Source: Octopus sinensis (Eukaryota). Taken from it: 64,000 bases of DNA. The stretch covers positions 75,206,001-75,270,000 of the forward strand of contig NC_042999.1 in NCBI RefSeq assembly GCF_006345805.1, given 5' to 3'. This document shows, one piece after another, positions 38,767-52,372 of the stretch. The position numbers and the translations under genes are program-made. Positions within the stretch are counted from its first letter, which is position 1. Each line of letters starts with the position of its first letter. The notes below the pieces were generated by a model. It saw nothing but the letters and a program-made list of their open reading frames with translations, was not told the DNA's origin and ran no database searches.

Positions 38767-41700
38767 GTAGTTATGTTAATACTTTATTTGATTAAACTAT
38801 CTTGTAATTTAATTTCAATAGATTTTAATACACATATTTAGTCCCCATAACTAAACTTTGATAACTTTGATAGGTTTCAGAGGCCCGCAAGTGTCATGGG
38901 CAATGTCACTTCCTCCTGCCTCATCAAGCAAAAACTGAAAATTTTCTGACGATAAATATTCAAGTATAAGTATATTATTATTTATATACCACCAAGTAAG
39001 TTAGGGGTTGTGGATCCAACCCACTAAGGGATAATACTTATCCAATATACTGTTGGTATAATGTCCAAATTATTAATACACAAGTGTTTTTAATTGCAAT
39101 GCGATTAACTTACTTATTGTATCAAATGGGTGAAGATAAAGAAATATTTTACCATTAATTTATATTACAAATAAGAAAATGGAGAAACAATTTAGTTGGT
39201 TTATCAGCTTTAGGATATTCGAATGTTGACTTATTTATTTAACAAAACGAGAACTATAATAACATACATATATACATTAAAATTCAATACATATAAGATA
39301 AGAATATAATTTTAAAAAACCCTTAATATAAATTATTGAAATCATTATATTAACAGAGCAGAATACAAAAGATCAGCTCTTTTATATAGATATAAATAAA
39401 GATACTAGACTATTCGTGACCCGTTGGAGCACCAGGAAAGTCTGAGTTTCCCAGCAAGCGAGTTTTGTTTCGTGGTTTTTTTTTTTACCTTTTCCAGGTT
39501 ATTTCGCATGCTTTCGACGAATGTGACATCGAAATCAAACATAAACAGTTCCTTTCCCCAAGAAAATGAAAAATTTGACAGCTATTTCTTGCATGCCCTG
39601 CTACCACATAGCAGGTATTTCGAATCCTTTATCGCAAGTAGCTGTAATGTGGTAGCAGAGTGTGCATGAAATAGCAGTCAAATCTTTGGTGGTTTGAGTT
39701 ACGTTGAGTGCACTCGAAAAAAAAACCTATGGAAAAAGTTATTTCACACCGATGTTACGGAGTCTTTTACGAAATATTCACCGTATTTTTAAAGTCATTT
39801 TCACTTTAAAGTATTTTTTGAATATACCAAAAACATTTTTGTAATGATATTGACTTGAGAATAATTTTAAAAATAATTAAAATATTGTCTGTTTAAAGAA
39901 AGCTAAAATATAAATATTTATTGTACAAATAACTTACATTTTTGAAATCACATTCACTTAAAAATATTTCTAAATGATTATAATATTGTATTTAACAAAA
40001 ACGAGAATAGAAACATTTATTGTAAAAAACAAATCGTATGTTTTCCTTGTCATGTCACTGAGTCTAATCGAAAGGTAAGAGTTTTTTTCAGGGTTAAGTT
40101 ATTTTCGGAGAATTTTCCCATTATGCTTCGTTTTGGGTATTTATACCCCGAAAACCCCTAACATCTCAATAACAAAATGTCCAATTTACGCGAAACTTGT
40201 TTTATTCCGTTCATATTCCCATTTCAGAGACAACTTAATTCATAGTATTTCCTCATTATGCGCCAGTTTGGCTGGGTAACATTGCAAGCAAGAAATCAAA
40301 ATTCAAGCTCACTTTTAGTGTATTATAGAGATTTAATCCTTCCTCTGACGTTACTGAACTTGTATCAAAATTTGAAAGCAATAATTACATAAGCATATTG
40401 CTCCGATACTTCCCTCGGATAATTTCATTTACGTGAATCTAGAAATGCAAAGCCTTCAGCGACAAGAAGATTTATCTCTAAAAAGACTTGAATTCTGGAG
40501 TTTTATAAGCTAGCTGGAAAAGTTCTCGAAATTCTGTAAGACCTTTAGATGCGAAACTAAATACAATAAGATATTTAGTTTAACCTGAGGACCTGCCATT
40601 TCTACAACGTTTCTGCTCTAATATAAAAACAAAATCATTTCTAATTTAGGGACAAGGCTGCAATTTTTGGAATAATTTACTGTTTTAGCGGGTCTATACT
40701 ACGTAAGGATAAATGGTAAGTTTTACATAGTCGGGATTTGAACACAGAACATTAAGGGATATAACCTTATTGTTATCGTCTTTCATAGGTTTAAAAATTG
40801 ATTCTAACATAAGATTAAAACCAGAATTTTAGAGGAGAGATCAGTTAATCTTAATATGTAACTGATACTTTATTTTTGTCGATCTCAGAAGGAAGAAAGA
40901 CAAAGTTGACCTCGGAAGGATGTAAGACAAAGTTGGCCTTGTCAGAATGTGACTTAAGTGTTGTAAAGAGCCCGAACAAATATTGCAGTCCAATGGGGGA
41001 ATTTTAAGAAGGTAAATAATCATTTTTAGAATAGGCACTAGGCCAGCACTTTGGGGGAAGTGGGTTAATTGATTATATTTGCACCACATGTTGACTACTA
41101 CTTTCATTTATTGGCTCCTGAGAGATGACAGGAAAGTTGACCTGAGCGGTTTTATGTCTAACTCTCTGATGACTGCCAATCATCGAACTATTTTGAAAGA
41201 GCTAATAATGGTTTCAGATTTATGTAGAAGGCCAGCAACTTTGAGGAGATGGGTTGATCGATATCATGGATCCCAATACTTCACTGGTAGTTATTTTATC
41301 GACCCCGTAAGGGTGAAAGACAATGTCTGTTAAAAATTCAGACACATGCCGCAAACTTAAGGAAAGAGAATATAGCTGGCTTTTAGTATCATATTTTCAA
41401 ACTGAATTATTGAGCTAAATTTAATAACAAAGAAAACAGCAACTTGTAATAGTTTTTGCTGTGGATCAGACATAACTAGTTTTCTACGAGTAAGTCTGTG
41501 ACTTTCATATAGCTGACAGTATATAGTATATATACTATATACTGACATCATTATGACCTGCTCCGTTTGAAAAGAATTTTTTAGATTTGAAAACTTGTCT
41601 TCCCCACCCCCATTTTTATAAAGAGAAGACACTTATCAGGAAAGACTCGACTATTGATATAACATAATGTAAATATCAAAGTCACTAAGACGCATATGCA

Positions 41701-42115
41701 GTGGAAGCTAAAGTAATACAATTGTAGAAAACTTGTTTTAAGTAATATAATACTGGGTTTATAAAATTTACTTGTCTAGATTTCAATTTTCAACTATTAT
41801 AACCAGTTGTATTTTAGACTGTCCTGGTTTTAGCTAACACATTGAAATGTTGTTTGGAAATTAATATGCGAGTTATTTATTTTATCAGGACTGCACCAAA
41901 TAAGGGTGACGTGACAAAGCACATCAACTGATAAGCAATGATTTATCAAATTTGCTTACATGTCACATGTCTATTTTTTTTTTTCAAGTTGACATGTGAT
42001 CTATATTTCGTGGAGGAAATCTACTTGATTTAAATTATAAGATACATTCTACATTATTTTTTTATATCTTTTACCCAAATTGTTTGCAATAATTAAAATA
42101 TCGGAGTAAGTTATA

Positions 42116-45100
42116 ATGAGCCCTGAAGAGATAAAAGCGGAAATAGAGAATAGTCGCTCTTTGGTGTATGACAGAGATGGCAACTTTACGGAATTTTATT
42201 ATTATAAAGGAATTCCCCTGCCAGGTGTTCCGACCATACCATCAGTGATATCAACCATTCAGAATTTTCCTCTAAGAGATGATGACATTTTCATCTGTGC
42301 TTATCCTACTGCTGGTAAGTTATGTATCTTACATTTTGCTGTAAAGTATCATACCAAACGAAACACCGCCTACTGGACAATTATCTTGTTTATGTAATAT
42401 CAATTTTATAATGAAGCTAATGTCAGTATGATTATATATATAATCAAAGTATTAGCAGTCTCTTACCTCATACTACACCCTTCTTACGTATTTCATATCT
42501 CATACTGCTTCTTACACCAGCCATCCCTCTGAAGTAATGAACAGACATAGCTCACACCTCTCAACGTTTCTTACATCACTGATCTTGAAGAAATGAGATC
42601 GAAAGTGTAAGAAAGAGGGAGTGAGATAGTTAGATGGGATGGGAAAGGAGGGTAAAATAGATTTTGGGTAAATTTTTAGATTAACATATGCACGATTTTC
42701 ATTAAGTAGCCTGACCGGATCTTTTTGGTTTGAACGGCAGTTTTTAACATAATTTCTAGGTAACTAAAACAATTTAAACTTCGTATACTGGTAGAATGTG
42801 TTTATAAAACATCATGGATCTTTTCCTTTTGAACGGCAGACAATTTCTAGTGAACTAAACACTTTAAAACTTCGTATACTGGTAGAATGTGTCAAAATAA
42901 AACATCATTTGGCAATGTTTCACTACAAACGAAACATTGCCCATTTTTTTCTCTTGGCTTTCTTGAGAAAATTGTAATTTGTTTGTTTAACGTAGTTTAA
43001 TTTTTCGAATTTTAACCAATCCTATGCTCTCTTTTGAGCTAAAATCATTTGCTGCGTTTAAAACTGAGACAACATCCTGTAACTAACCCTAAACCTCCCC
43101 CCTAACCCTAACCCTAAATTTTTTTTTCTCAATTGTTAAATTAATTTAATTGTTGCGCGTCTAAAAAAATCTAAAGCAATGGAATTAAATTAATTTAACA
43201 ATTAAGAAAAAAAATTTAGGGGGGAGGTTTAGGGTTAGTTACAGGATGTTGTCTCAGTTTTAGACACAACAAATGATTTTGGTTAAATGGTGGTAATCGA
43301 TTGGTTAAAATTGCCGAAATGCTCAGATTTTCAGACGAAATATCTTACAAACTATAGAATTTTCTCAATAAAACCAAGAGAAAATGATGTTTTATAAACA
43401 CATTCTACCAGTATACAAAGTTTAAAAGTGTTTAGTTAACTAGAAATTGTGTTGACATCTGCCGTTCAAAAGGAAAAGATCCAAACATCATTTTCTCTTG
43501 GCTTTCTTGAAGTTTAAAATTTTTTAGTTACCTAGAAATTATGTTAAAAACTGCCGTTCAAACCGAAGAGATCCCCCTAACCTCCTAATATGCTGAAAAT
43601 CCCACATTTTGGTTTGAAAAAAAAGGGGGTGGGCGAGGAGGAACCCCTGCTCCATCCTGGAATCATTTGCAGCATGTACTGCTGCAAAGAGTACTTGATT
43701 CCACATAAAAAATATGAGGGTTTTTTTTTTTTTTTTCTGAGTGAAAATCGTGTGGGAGTTAATCTAAAAATTTACTGATTTTTATTTTGTTTATTTTTAG
43801 CCAGGGTTGCCAATTTAGTGCTTTTTGAACTAGATTTAGAGATTCTTCTTTACTATCTTCAGTACGAAAATCTATTGAGTTACACATCTGCGTAAAGTTA
43901 GAGCTGTTTTATGATTTAGTGCTAAGTTAATGTCTTTTTATTACATGGAAAAATTCGAGCATGAAAAGTAATATTCTTAAGATTATAAACCTGGAAAAAT
44001 ACAGGACAAGTTATTACACCTGTAAAAGTATAGGACAAGCAATTAGTTCTAGTAAAGTAAAGAATAAGAAACTTTTTACTTAAAATATTGCAGCAAAGAA
44101 TGCCAGTTCTTCTAATTTATCCCTCTTTACAGTTCTCCTTTTAAAAATTTATTGTATATAACAGTTCAGCTAATTTGTAAGTTTGTCTAATTAGTCACTT
44201 TTTTGTGTATTTATGGTAGTAAATTAGCCAAATTCTACTTACATAAGTATAGTGTTATTTGTAAACTATAATAAAATAATTTTTAATATTCAAATTTTCC
44301 AGGTGTAATAACTTGTCCTGTACTTTTCTAGGTTGATAATCTTAAGAATATTATATTTCATGCTTGCATTTTTCTATGTAATCCATGATTTTTCCAGGCA
44401 TTGCTATTATAAGATAATTAATAATGTGTCAATAATTCAAGATTTTACCTTATAAAATACTAAAAGATAATATTTTAATTTTCCATGTAAGTGATGATAA
44501 TATTTAAATTTTTTCATACTTTTTACTCTTTTACTCTTTTGCTAGTTTCAGTCATTTGACTGCAGTCATGCTGGGCACCGCCTCTGGTTGAGCAAATCGA
44601 CCCCAGGACTTAATCTTTGTAAGCCTAGTACTTATTCTATTGGTCTCTTTTGCCGAACCGCTAAATTACGGGGATGTAAACACACCAACATCGGTTGTCA
44701 AGCGATGTTGGGAGGACAAACACAGACACCAAAACATATACACACACACATGCACACACATATATATATATGACGGGCTTCTTTCAGTTTCCGTCTACCA
44801 AATCCACGAGGCATTGGTTGGCCAGAGGCTATAATACTTTTTCTTTCTTTCTTTCCTTGCTACAGGTACACATTGGATATGGGAAGTAACTAGTATGATT
44901 GTCAGAGGGAAAGCCGAGAGGATTCCAAATGTTAAAGAAGAGTACATGCTGGATTTTATAGAATTTGAAAAATTTGAATCATTAGAATCTCCACGAGTGT
45001 TGAATTCCCATTTTCATCCAAGTTTTCTTCCTGAAAAGTTATTGAAGGACAATAAAATCATCTTTGTTGCACGTAATCCTAAGGCAGTAGCTGTCTCCTA

Positions 45101-47666
45101 CTACAGACACACTCTCGGCATAACAGAAACTCACTACAATGGAAATTTCCCTAGCTTTTTTGAGATGTTTATGAAAGGCGATGGTAAATACAAGTTCTCT
45201 TTTTTACTAAGTAGAAATTTAGCTTTCCAAACCCTACCTTTCCAAACCAGAAAGTTTCAATATAGCATTGTTGCTGTTTGACCCTCAACCAACTATGATC
45301 ATAGCTTTAACTTTGTGACATCCTGGCTTTTTCAACAGTAAAGTGTTAATTGACGGTGACTTGGCTGCTATTTGAAAAGGGCAGTGAAATGTATCATGGG
45401 AGAAAATAGTGTTGTTGCTGTTTTAATTATCAAACATAAAGTTCAAAGAATCATTTTAATGATATTGTTGTCCTACCTTAATTGTGACATTTATCTGGCA
45501 ATGAAACATAATTTGTAAGGAGAGTGAAGCATGCCTTGAAATATTTAATTTCTAATCATTTAGTTAATGAAAAGAAGCAGTACGGGATCCCATAGACAGG
45601 TAATATTAATGCAGTTGATATCCATAGAGAATACCTGCAGGGAAAACATGCAGTGAAAGGGATCCAGATGTCTGGTCTGAATGCTTGCAGAAATATGAAC
45701 TCCATTGAAGACACTCAAAGTTCACATAGTTGGATAAAGCCAGGTGGAATTTAAAGACAACCGCAAGGAAAATTTCAATATACATTAGCTAATGAAAGAA
45801 GTTAATACAATACTTCAAATGATCATTTCTTCAAAATGCGTCATATCCGTACCAGTTTCTAATAAGCACCAATTACTCAGTTTTGAGTTCAAATTCGGCC
45901 ATGACTGATTTGTCTTACATCTCTCTAAGCTCGGTATAATGAGCATGTTTCGTAGTATTTTATCTAATGACATTATATAGTAAGATGGTGTAACATTTAC
46001 ATTAAATCAAATTCTATACTTTCATCTGACAGATGAAAGTAGCCAGCAATGATTAGAGAGACGTCAAACATGATATTTACAGGAGCGCCCATCTCTGTTA
46101 AAAAGAAAAAATATCAAATTGTCACAAATACAATATTCTGTACTAGTAACTGTTATAGTTGTGTATACTTATAGTATGTGTGCAAAAAAGTAAGCTTTGT
46201 GATACACATGTCAATGGAAGAGGCCTTCTGCATTGATTGAGTTTGTAATAGCCAATGGCACATTTATATTTTTTTTGTATGTTACTAGGGACGAGGACTG
46301 ACTTGGTTATCCCTGCCAGTAAATGTAAAACGTACTTTCTATTTCATTTTGCAGTTCCTACAGGTGATTATTTTAAATACACAAAACAGTGGTGGCCAGT
46401 AATAAAAGACAAGCCGAATGCTCTGATAGTAACATATGAAGACGCTTCAGAGGTAAATATGTTATACACATGCGCACATATATCCATAGGTACATACATA
46501 CATGTATATATACATACATACATGTATACATACATACATGTATACATACATGTATACATACATGCATGCATACATACATACATACACACACACATATATA
46601 TCTATATATATAAAACTCAACTTGTGTGTCTGTGTGTTTAACTTCCCGGCACATCTCCTCCTAGCCAACAAATCATAGAATCACCAAAAATGGGTCACTT
46701 AAAGTTTAGGCGAATGAAAATTGAACTGCGCTATTTCTGTTCCGAAATTCATGTCGCAAGTGCAAAAATCGATAATGTGTTTGTTTAAGCCTTATCCCAT
46801 GCATTGAATAGTGAACTTTACTCAGTCAGCTGTTTGACGTGAACTGTGTTCATCACGCGTGCAAGCATGCGTAAATTGCATGAAAAATAAAAAATCAAGA
46901 TATAAAAACAAATCGCTGTAAACATTGTAGAAATTTGGCAAAGAAATGAATTTTCAGGATGATATAGCCTGGAGGGTTTTTTCGTATTAATCGTTTGGAC
47001 TTTGTGAACACATACCAATTGTTTTCATAAGATTTTTAACGCTTTGAATTAAATGTGACCATTTTGCGTTGAGTCTGCAGTTTGAATTACTTTAACCAAA
47101 TTTTAGCAGGCTGGATTTTTGATCATCACGATACATCGCCAGCGACTCCCTCAAACTCTCCCCTGAAATCCCTGTTGAGAAATCTATATATATAAAACTC
47201 AACTTGTGTGTCTGTGTGTTTAACTTTTGGATCTACCAAGTTTCATTATTAAGGATGGGAAATAGTGTGTAGCAAATCTATATATATAAAGCTGAAGTTG
47301 TCTGTGTGTGGCAGGTTTGGTAGCCTTCAACTAACACTATCTCCTTCGAGACCCTGCAGCGCAAGTTGACCAAAATTGAGAGTAGGATAGAAGAAGGCTT
47401 GCTCTTCATTCTGTAGAAGATAAAATTCAAAATCGGACCATGTTAACACCAAAAATTATTTACATCAAAAAGGTGCTTTTTTTTCTATGAAAATCCCTAT
47501 TTTTTACGATTTTTGACTGCTGTGTCACCATTTTTCGGTGTATTTCAACTGGAAAAATGTTCACTTGAAGAGAATAACAAGTTGCGTAATGCCAAATTTT
47601 TACTTTTCAAAAATTCCAATTCTAAAGAGTCGAAACAAACCCAAGCAACACCAGATGATACTGCTA

Positions 47667-47711
<45 letters not shown>

Positions 47712-49709
47712 CATCATCGTTTAACGTCCGCTTTCCATGCTAGCATGGGTTGGACGATTTTGACTGAGGGCTGGCGAGCCAGATAGCTGCAACAGGCTCC
47801 AATCTTGATTTGGCAGAGTTTCTACAGCTGGATGCTCTTCCTAACGCCAACCACTCCGAGGGTGTAGTGGGTGCTTTTACGTACCACCGGCACAAGGGCC
47901 AGTCAGGTGGTACTGGCAATGACCTCACTTGAATCTTTTTACACATGCCAGTGAAGTGACGTTGGTAACGATCACGCTCGAATGGTGCCCTTGTACGTGC
48001 CATGGGTACGGAAGCCAATACATAAAAAAATTTGTTGAGAGGTGGGACAAATACAGGTATGGCTAAATTTTAAAAATCAAGAAAATTAACTGTAAGGGCA
48101 GAGAAATAGTAAGTGGTACATAGATACACACACACACACACATCTATAAATATATATTTCTTTCTTATCCTTATAATTTTTATACTTTTCTTATATTGTC
48201 GTATTAACCACCTATTAGTATCTTAATTTTACTGCTTTAACTATTTTCTGTAAATTATCTCCTATATATCTGACATATTATTTACATAAACATTCTGTTA
48301 TAAAGTTTATATACCACTAACCATTTATGAGGGCTCTTAAACATTTTTCTAATTTATAAAGAGGCTGAAATGATTATTAAAAGTCAAATATAAATTTCAG
48401 TTTCCTGTATTTAAAAATTCCGCCCTCCCTTATTTGTTTTTTTCAACCCCATTTGCTTCTTACTTCTTATATGAAGTTTTAAACTAGCTCATTTACACTA
48501 ATCTGTAGAGAAAAAGTTACCTGTATTTCTATGTTATATATATATATATATCATCACCATATATATATATCGAACAATTGCACATTAAAAAGTAGTTAGA
48601 ACCCAATACCCATGTAATTCTGAAGTCCACATTTTTCTTTATTAAGTTCTTATTTTTCTTATTGTGTTACTGATGAGTGCTCTTTGACAACTCAAATTCT
48701 TAAAATGAATTTATTGTCTCTGTATGAGATGATCATCAGGCAAATTGAATGGATATTTTATCCGAAATTTACATCTAATGTCCTCCATTTATGAAAAATA
48801 TGATTGAATTTGTCTAAGTTCATTCTATAACTTAAATCATATACTTAGTATATATATACCGTAAATCCTCGAGTATAGTCCGCCCTTGAGTATAATACAC
48901 AGGGGAATTTTAGGGGGTTGTACCTCTGAAAAACCTAAACCTTGTGTATAATACGCACCCCTTCTCCAACTTGAGTCCTTGGTTTGTAAAAATGTATACG
49001 GTAACGTCCTTTATTATTATTGTATATATAACATAATGCAAACGTGTAGCTCTTTTGTGCATTTTGTTTGCATAAAATAAAGAAATAACAGTAATAACTG
49101 TAATAACGTTTAATAAATGTTGTTTACTGCAAGTTATAGATGATCCTTTTATGACTTCTTTGCTTTCAGGCTTAGCTTAAGGTATTTTCCCGCCTGACTT
49201 CATAAAATGTATCTGAATAAGCATAGCCAGACAGCAAATGGAGACTCGGACATTGCTTAGAAAATAATTTTCATTTTTAACCTCATATATAGTACGCATT
49301 AAGGATTTTGACCTTTAAATTTTGGGAAAAAATTGCGGATTATACTTGAGGATTTACAGTATATACACACACACACATATATATACACAGACACACAATT
49401 GAAAAATGGGATAAAATCTATATAAGAATTTATCAAGTAGTTAGCATGAAAACTCTCATAAGGGAAAAATCCATCAATTTTTCCTCTTTAATATATTTAT
49501 TTATATTGAGGGCATTACTATACATAAATGCCACATGCTATTTGTGCACTAATTATGAAATGATATGATATGCAACTGAATTCTGTTTTTAAAATGCTTG
49601 CTTCAAGAGTTGCATTCCCTCGTATTCAGTACAATGTGTTTATATATTTTGGTAGTTTTGACTTTAAGAGTCCCTCCTAGAGTGTGGCATTTATGTATAG
49701 TAATGCCCT

Positions 49710-49747
<38 letters not shown>

Positions 49748-51820
49748 ATTCATAACACACACACTCACAGTTAAATACATGCACATCATCATCATCATCA
49801 TTGTTTAACGTTCGCCTTCCATACAGGCATGGGTTGGATAGTTTGACTGGGTACTGGTGAGCCAGATGGCTGCACCAGGCTCCAATCTGATCTAGCAGAG
49901 TTTCTACAGCTGGATGCACTTCCTAATGCCAACCACTCTGATAATGTAGTTGGTACTTTTACGTGCCACCAGCACGAGGGCCAGTCAGGCAGTACTGGCA
50001 ACGGTCATGCTCATATGGTGTATTTACATGTCACTTTCACAGGAGCCAGTCCAGCGGCACTGGCAACACCCTCGCTCGAATGTTGTTTTTTATGTACCAC
50101 CGGCACAAGTGCCAGTAACGATCACGCTTGAATGGTGCTTTTTATGTGCCACCGGCATGGTGGCCAGTCAGCTCTTAGCGTTCCACTATCATGGATGCCA
50201 GTGATGTGGTGCTGTCATCGAATTTGATTTCGATTTCACTTGCCCCAACAGGTCTCGCACAAACACACACTCACTCACACATATATAGGTATGTATGTGT
50301 ATCATCATCATCATCATTTAGCGTCCGCTTTCCATGCTGGCATGGGTTGGACGGTTCGACTGGGGTCTGGGAAGCCAGAAGGCTGCACCAGGCCCAGTCT
50401 GATCTGGCAATGTTTCTATGGCTGGATGCCCTTCCTAACGCCAACCACTCCATGAGTGTAGTGGGTGATCATTTCCAGAGCAACAAGCTGGCCTCTGTGC
50501 CGATGGCACATAAAAAACACCATTCGAGTGTGATCGTTACCTGCATGACCTTACTGGCACTTGTGCTGGTGGCATGTGAAAAAACATTCGAGCGAGGTCA
50601 TTGCCAGTGCCGCTGGACTTGGATCCTGTGCAGGAGGCACATAAAATGCACCATTTGAATGTGGCACGTAAAAGCACCCACTATACTCTCGGAGCGGTTG
50701 GCATTAGGAAGAGCATCCAGCTGTAGAAACTCTGCCAGGTCAGATTGGAGTCTGGTGCAGCCACCTGGTTTGCCAGACCTCATTCAAATCATCCAACCCA
50801 TGCTAGCATGGAAAGCGGACATTAAACGATAATGATGATGATGCATTGTATAAGTATACAAATGCACAAAAACAATAGACACATTTATATAACCCAAGGT
50901 AAATACACACCATATAATAACAAAGACATTTTTAGCATGGTGGAGAGGATTGAAGATGGGAGACCAAATTAGATGTCTTTAAGGCGTTTATCAAGGTAAT
51001 TTTTCCCACCTCGACCAGCAGCTAGTCTCTTCGCGATAATTAAATGTCTTCAGAGAGAACAGATGGGCAAACTTATAGCCAATAGAGTTTTCTTAATGTA
51101 TGAAAATTATAGGTATATTTCTAATTTATATTTCAATTTTGTAATCTTCATGTAAACATTTAATCTCTTATATCAATGTTAGGATCTTCGAAAAGTTGTT
51201 TTAACCATAGCAGAATTTCTTGGCAAGAAGATTTCAGACCAACTTGCTCTGGAAATTGCAGATATGTGTTCGTTTGACAAAATGAAAAAAGAAAAGAAAG
51301 TAGTTAAAGAAGATCTACTGAAAGTTACGTTCAAGGAAAATTGTAGCTTTTATCGGTCTGGTAAGTTAAATATTTCAGTTTTCTAATACCCTTCAATTAT
51401 TTTAAAGTCATGTTTCTTTGTATAGGCACATATATGTTATCAGCACTGTAATATTGGAATATAAATAATAAATAATATTTCCAGTCAAACCAGGAAAAAA
51501 GCCAATAGTAGCAACATAAAGAAGAGGAAACTGTTCATCGGAACACAGTGATCCTGATGAGATAGATATTTTAATTAATATACAACAAGAAGTAATTTGC
51601 AGCTAGATGTTTGTGAGCCATTTCCAATTCCTGTAGAATTTTAATTTTCATTGAATTTACATCATACAATAGTTAATAAATTCTTTTATCTTCCGTTTAC
51701 TTATTGTTCACAGGAAAAGTTTCCACTTGGAAGGAATGGTTAACTGTGGACCAAAGTGAACAACTGGATTCACGGATACAGTCTGAACTCATTGATCAAG
51801 AAATTATTTTGAATATTTAA
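42116..51820 (+). CDS. Cytosolic sulfotransferase family protein, paralogue B (5 exons, 299 aa)
   Basis: join(42116-42314, 44866-45183, 46355-46452, 51183-51360, 51714-51820), GT-AG, exons 2-5 the same lengths as paralogue A (318/98/178/107); motifs AYPTAGTHW, SPRVLNSH, RNPKAVAVSYY, CSFDKMK. Confidence 0.93.
42717..43574. mobile_element. Nested foldback MITEs (inner 42816-43482, 9-bp TSD; Mutator-like)
   Basis: Both have GGATCT..TTTGAACGGCAG TIRs; inner element flanked by duplicated AAACATCAT (42807-42815 and 43483-43491). Confidence 0.8.
43941..44381. repeat. Degenerate MITE-like inverted repeat
   Basis: ~80-bp arms including ACAGGACAAGTTATTACACCTG / CAGGTGTAATAACTTGTCCTGT. Confidence 0.6.
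44866..45183 (+). CDS. Sulfotransferase B exon 2
   Basis: tacag acceptor, gtaaa donor; overlaps ORF 44895-45281. Confidence 0.92.
46601..47667 (+). mobile_element. Non-autonomous Helitron-like composite
   Basis: A|TCTATATATATAAA 5' ends at 46601, 47183, 47277; degenerate hairpin then CTGCTAG|T at 47661-47668. Confidence 0.65.
48859..49359. mobile_element. Tc1/pogo-like MITE
   Basis: TA-flanked TIRs CCGTAAATCCTCGAGTATAGTCCGC / GCGGATTATACTTGAGGATTTACAG. Confidence 0.7.
49785..50845. mobile_element. Cluster of three RTE 3'-end/SINE-like copies with (GAT)n tails (others at 47707-48015 and 60402-60630)
   Basis: Repeated (CAT)n-TTTA(A/G)CGT..CATG..GGCATGGGTTGGA..GGATGC..TTCCTAA(C/T)GCCAACCACTC module, also forming the 3' end of the RTE copies. 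Confidence 0.75.
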
Positions 51821-51992
51821 GAATCCTTCCTCTCTCAAAGACAACAATACTACTACTACTACTACTACTACTAACAACAACAATAATAAAGCATCAAAGC
51901 AAATAAACCAGATATTGTTGTGAAAGATCAAAACAATTAAGTATGTTTATTGATTGACATGAGCATACCCTGTGACCATAATATCTCGGCAA

Positions 51993-52370
51993 GGGGATGT
52001 GCAATGGTCCAGTGGTTAGGGCAGTGGACTCATGATTATAGGATTGCAGTTTCGATTCCCAGACTGGGTGTTGTGAGTGTTTATTGAACAAAAACACCCA
52101 AATCTCCATGAGGCTTCAGCAGGGGATGGTGGCAAACCCTGATGTATTCTTTCACCACAACTTTCTCTCACTCTTCCTTCCTGTTTCTGCTGTACCTGTA
52201 TTTCAAAGGGTCAGCCTTGTCACACTCTGTGTCATGCTGAATCTCCCCCAGAACTATGTTAAGGGTACACGTGTCTGTGGAGTGCTCAGCCACTTGCACA
52301 TTAATTTCACGAACAGGCTGTTCCGTTGATTGGATCAACTAGAACCCTTATTGTTCTAACCGACAGAGTA
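51993..52370 (+). mobile_element. tRNA-derived SINE
   Basis: TGGTCCAGTGGTTAGGGC A box, TTCGATTCCC B box; body shared with 15447-15750. Confidence 0.7.
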
Positions 52371-52372
52371 CC

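Noticed and set aside
43085-43240. Interstitial telomere
   Set aside because: Only a few CCCTAA/TTAGGG units, symmetrically placed inside a MITE.
51993-52070. tRNA gene
   Set aside because: A/B boxes present but the cloverleaf is degenerate and runs into a dispersed SINE body.
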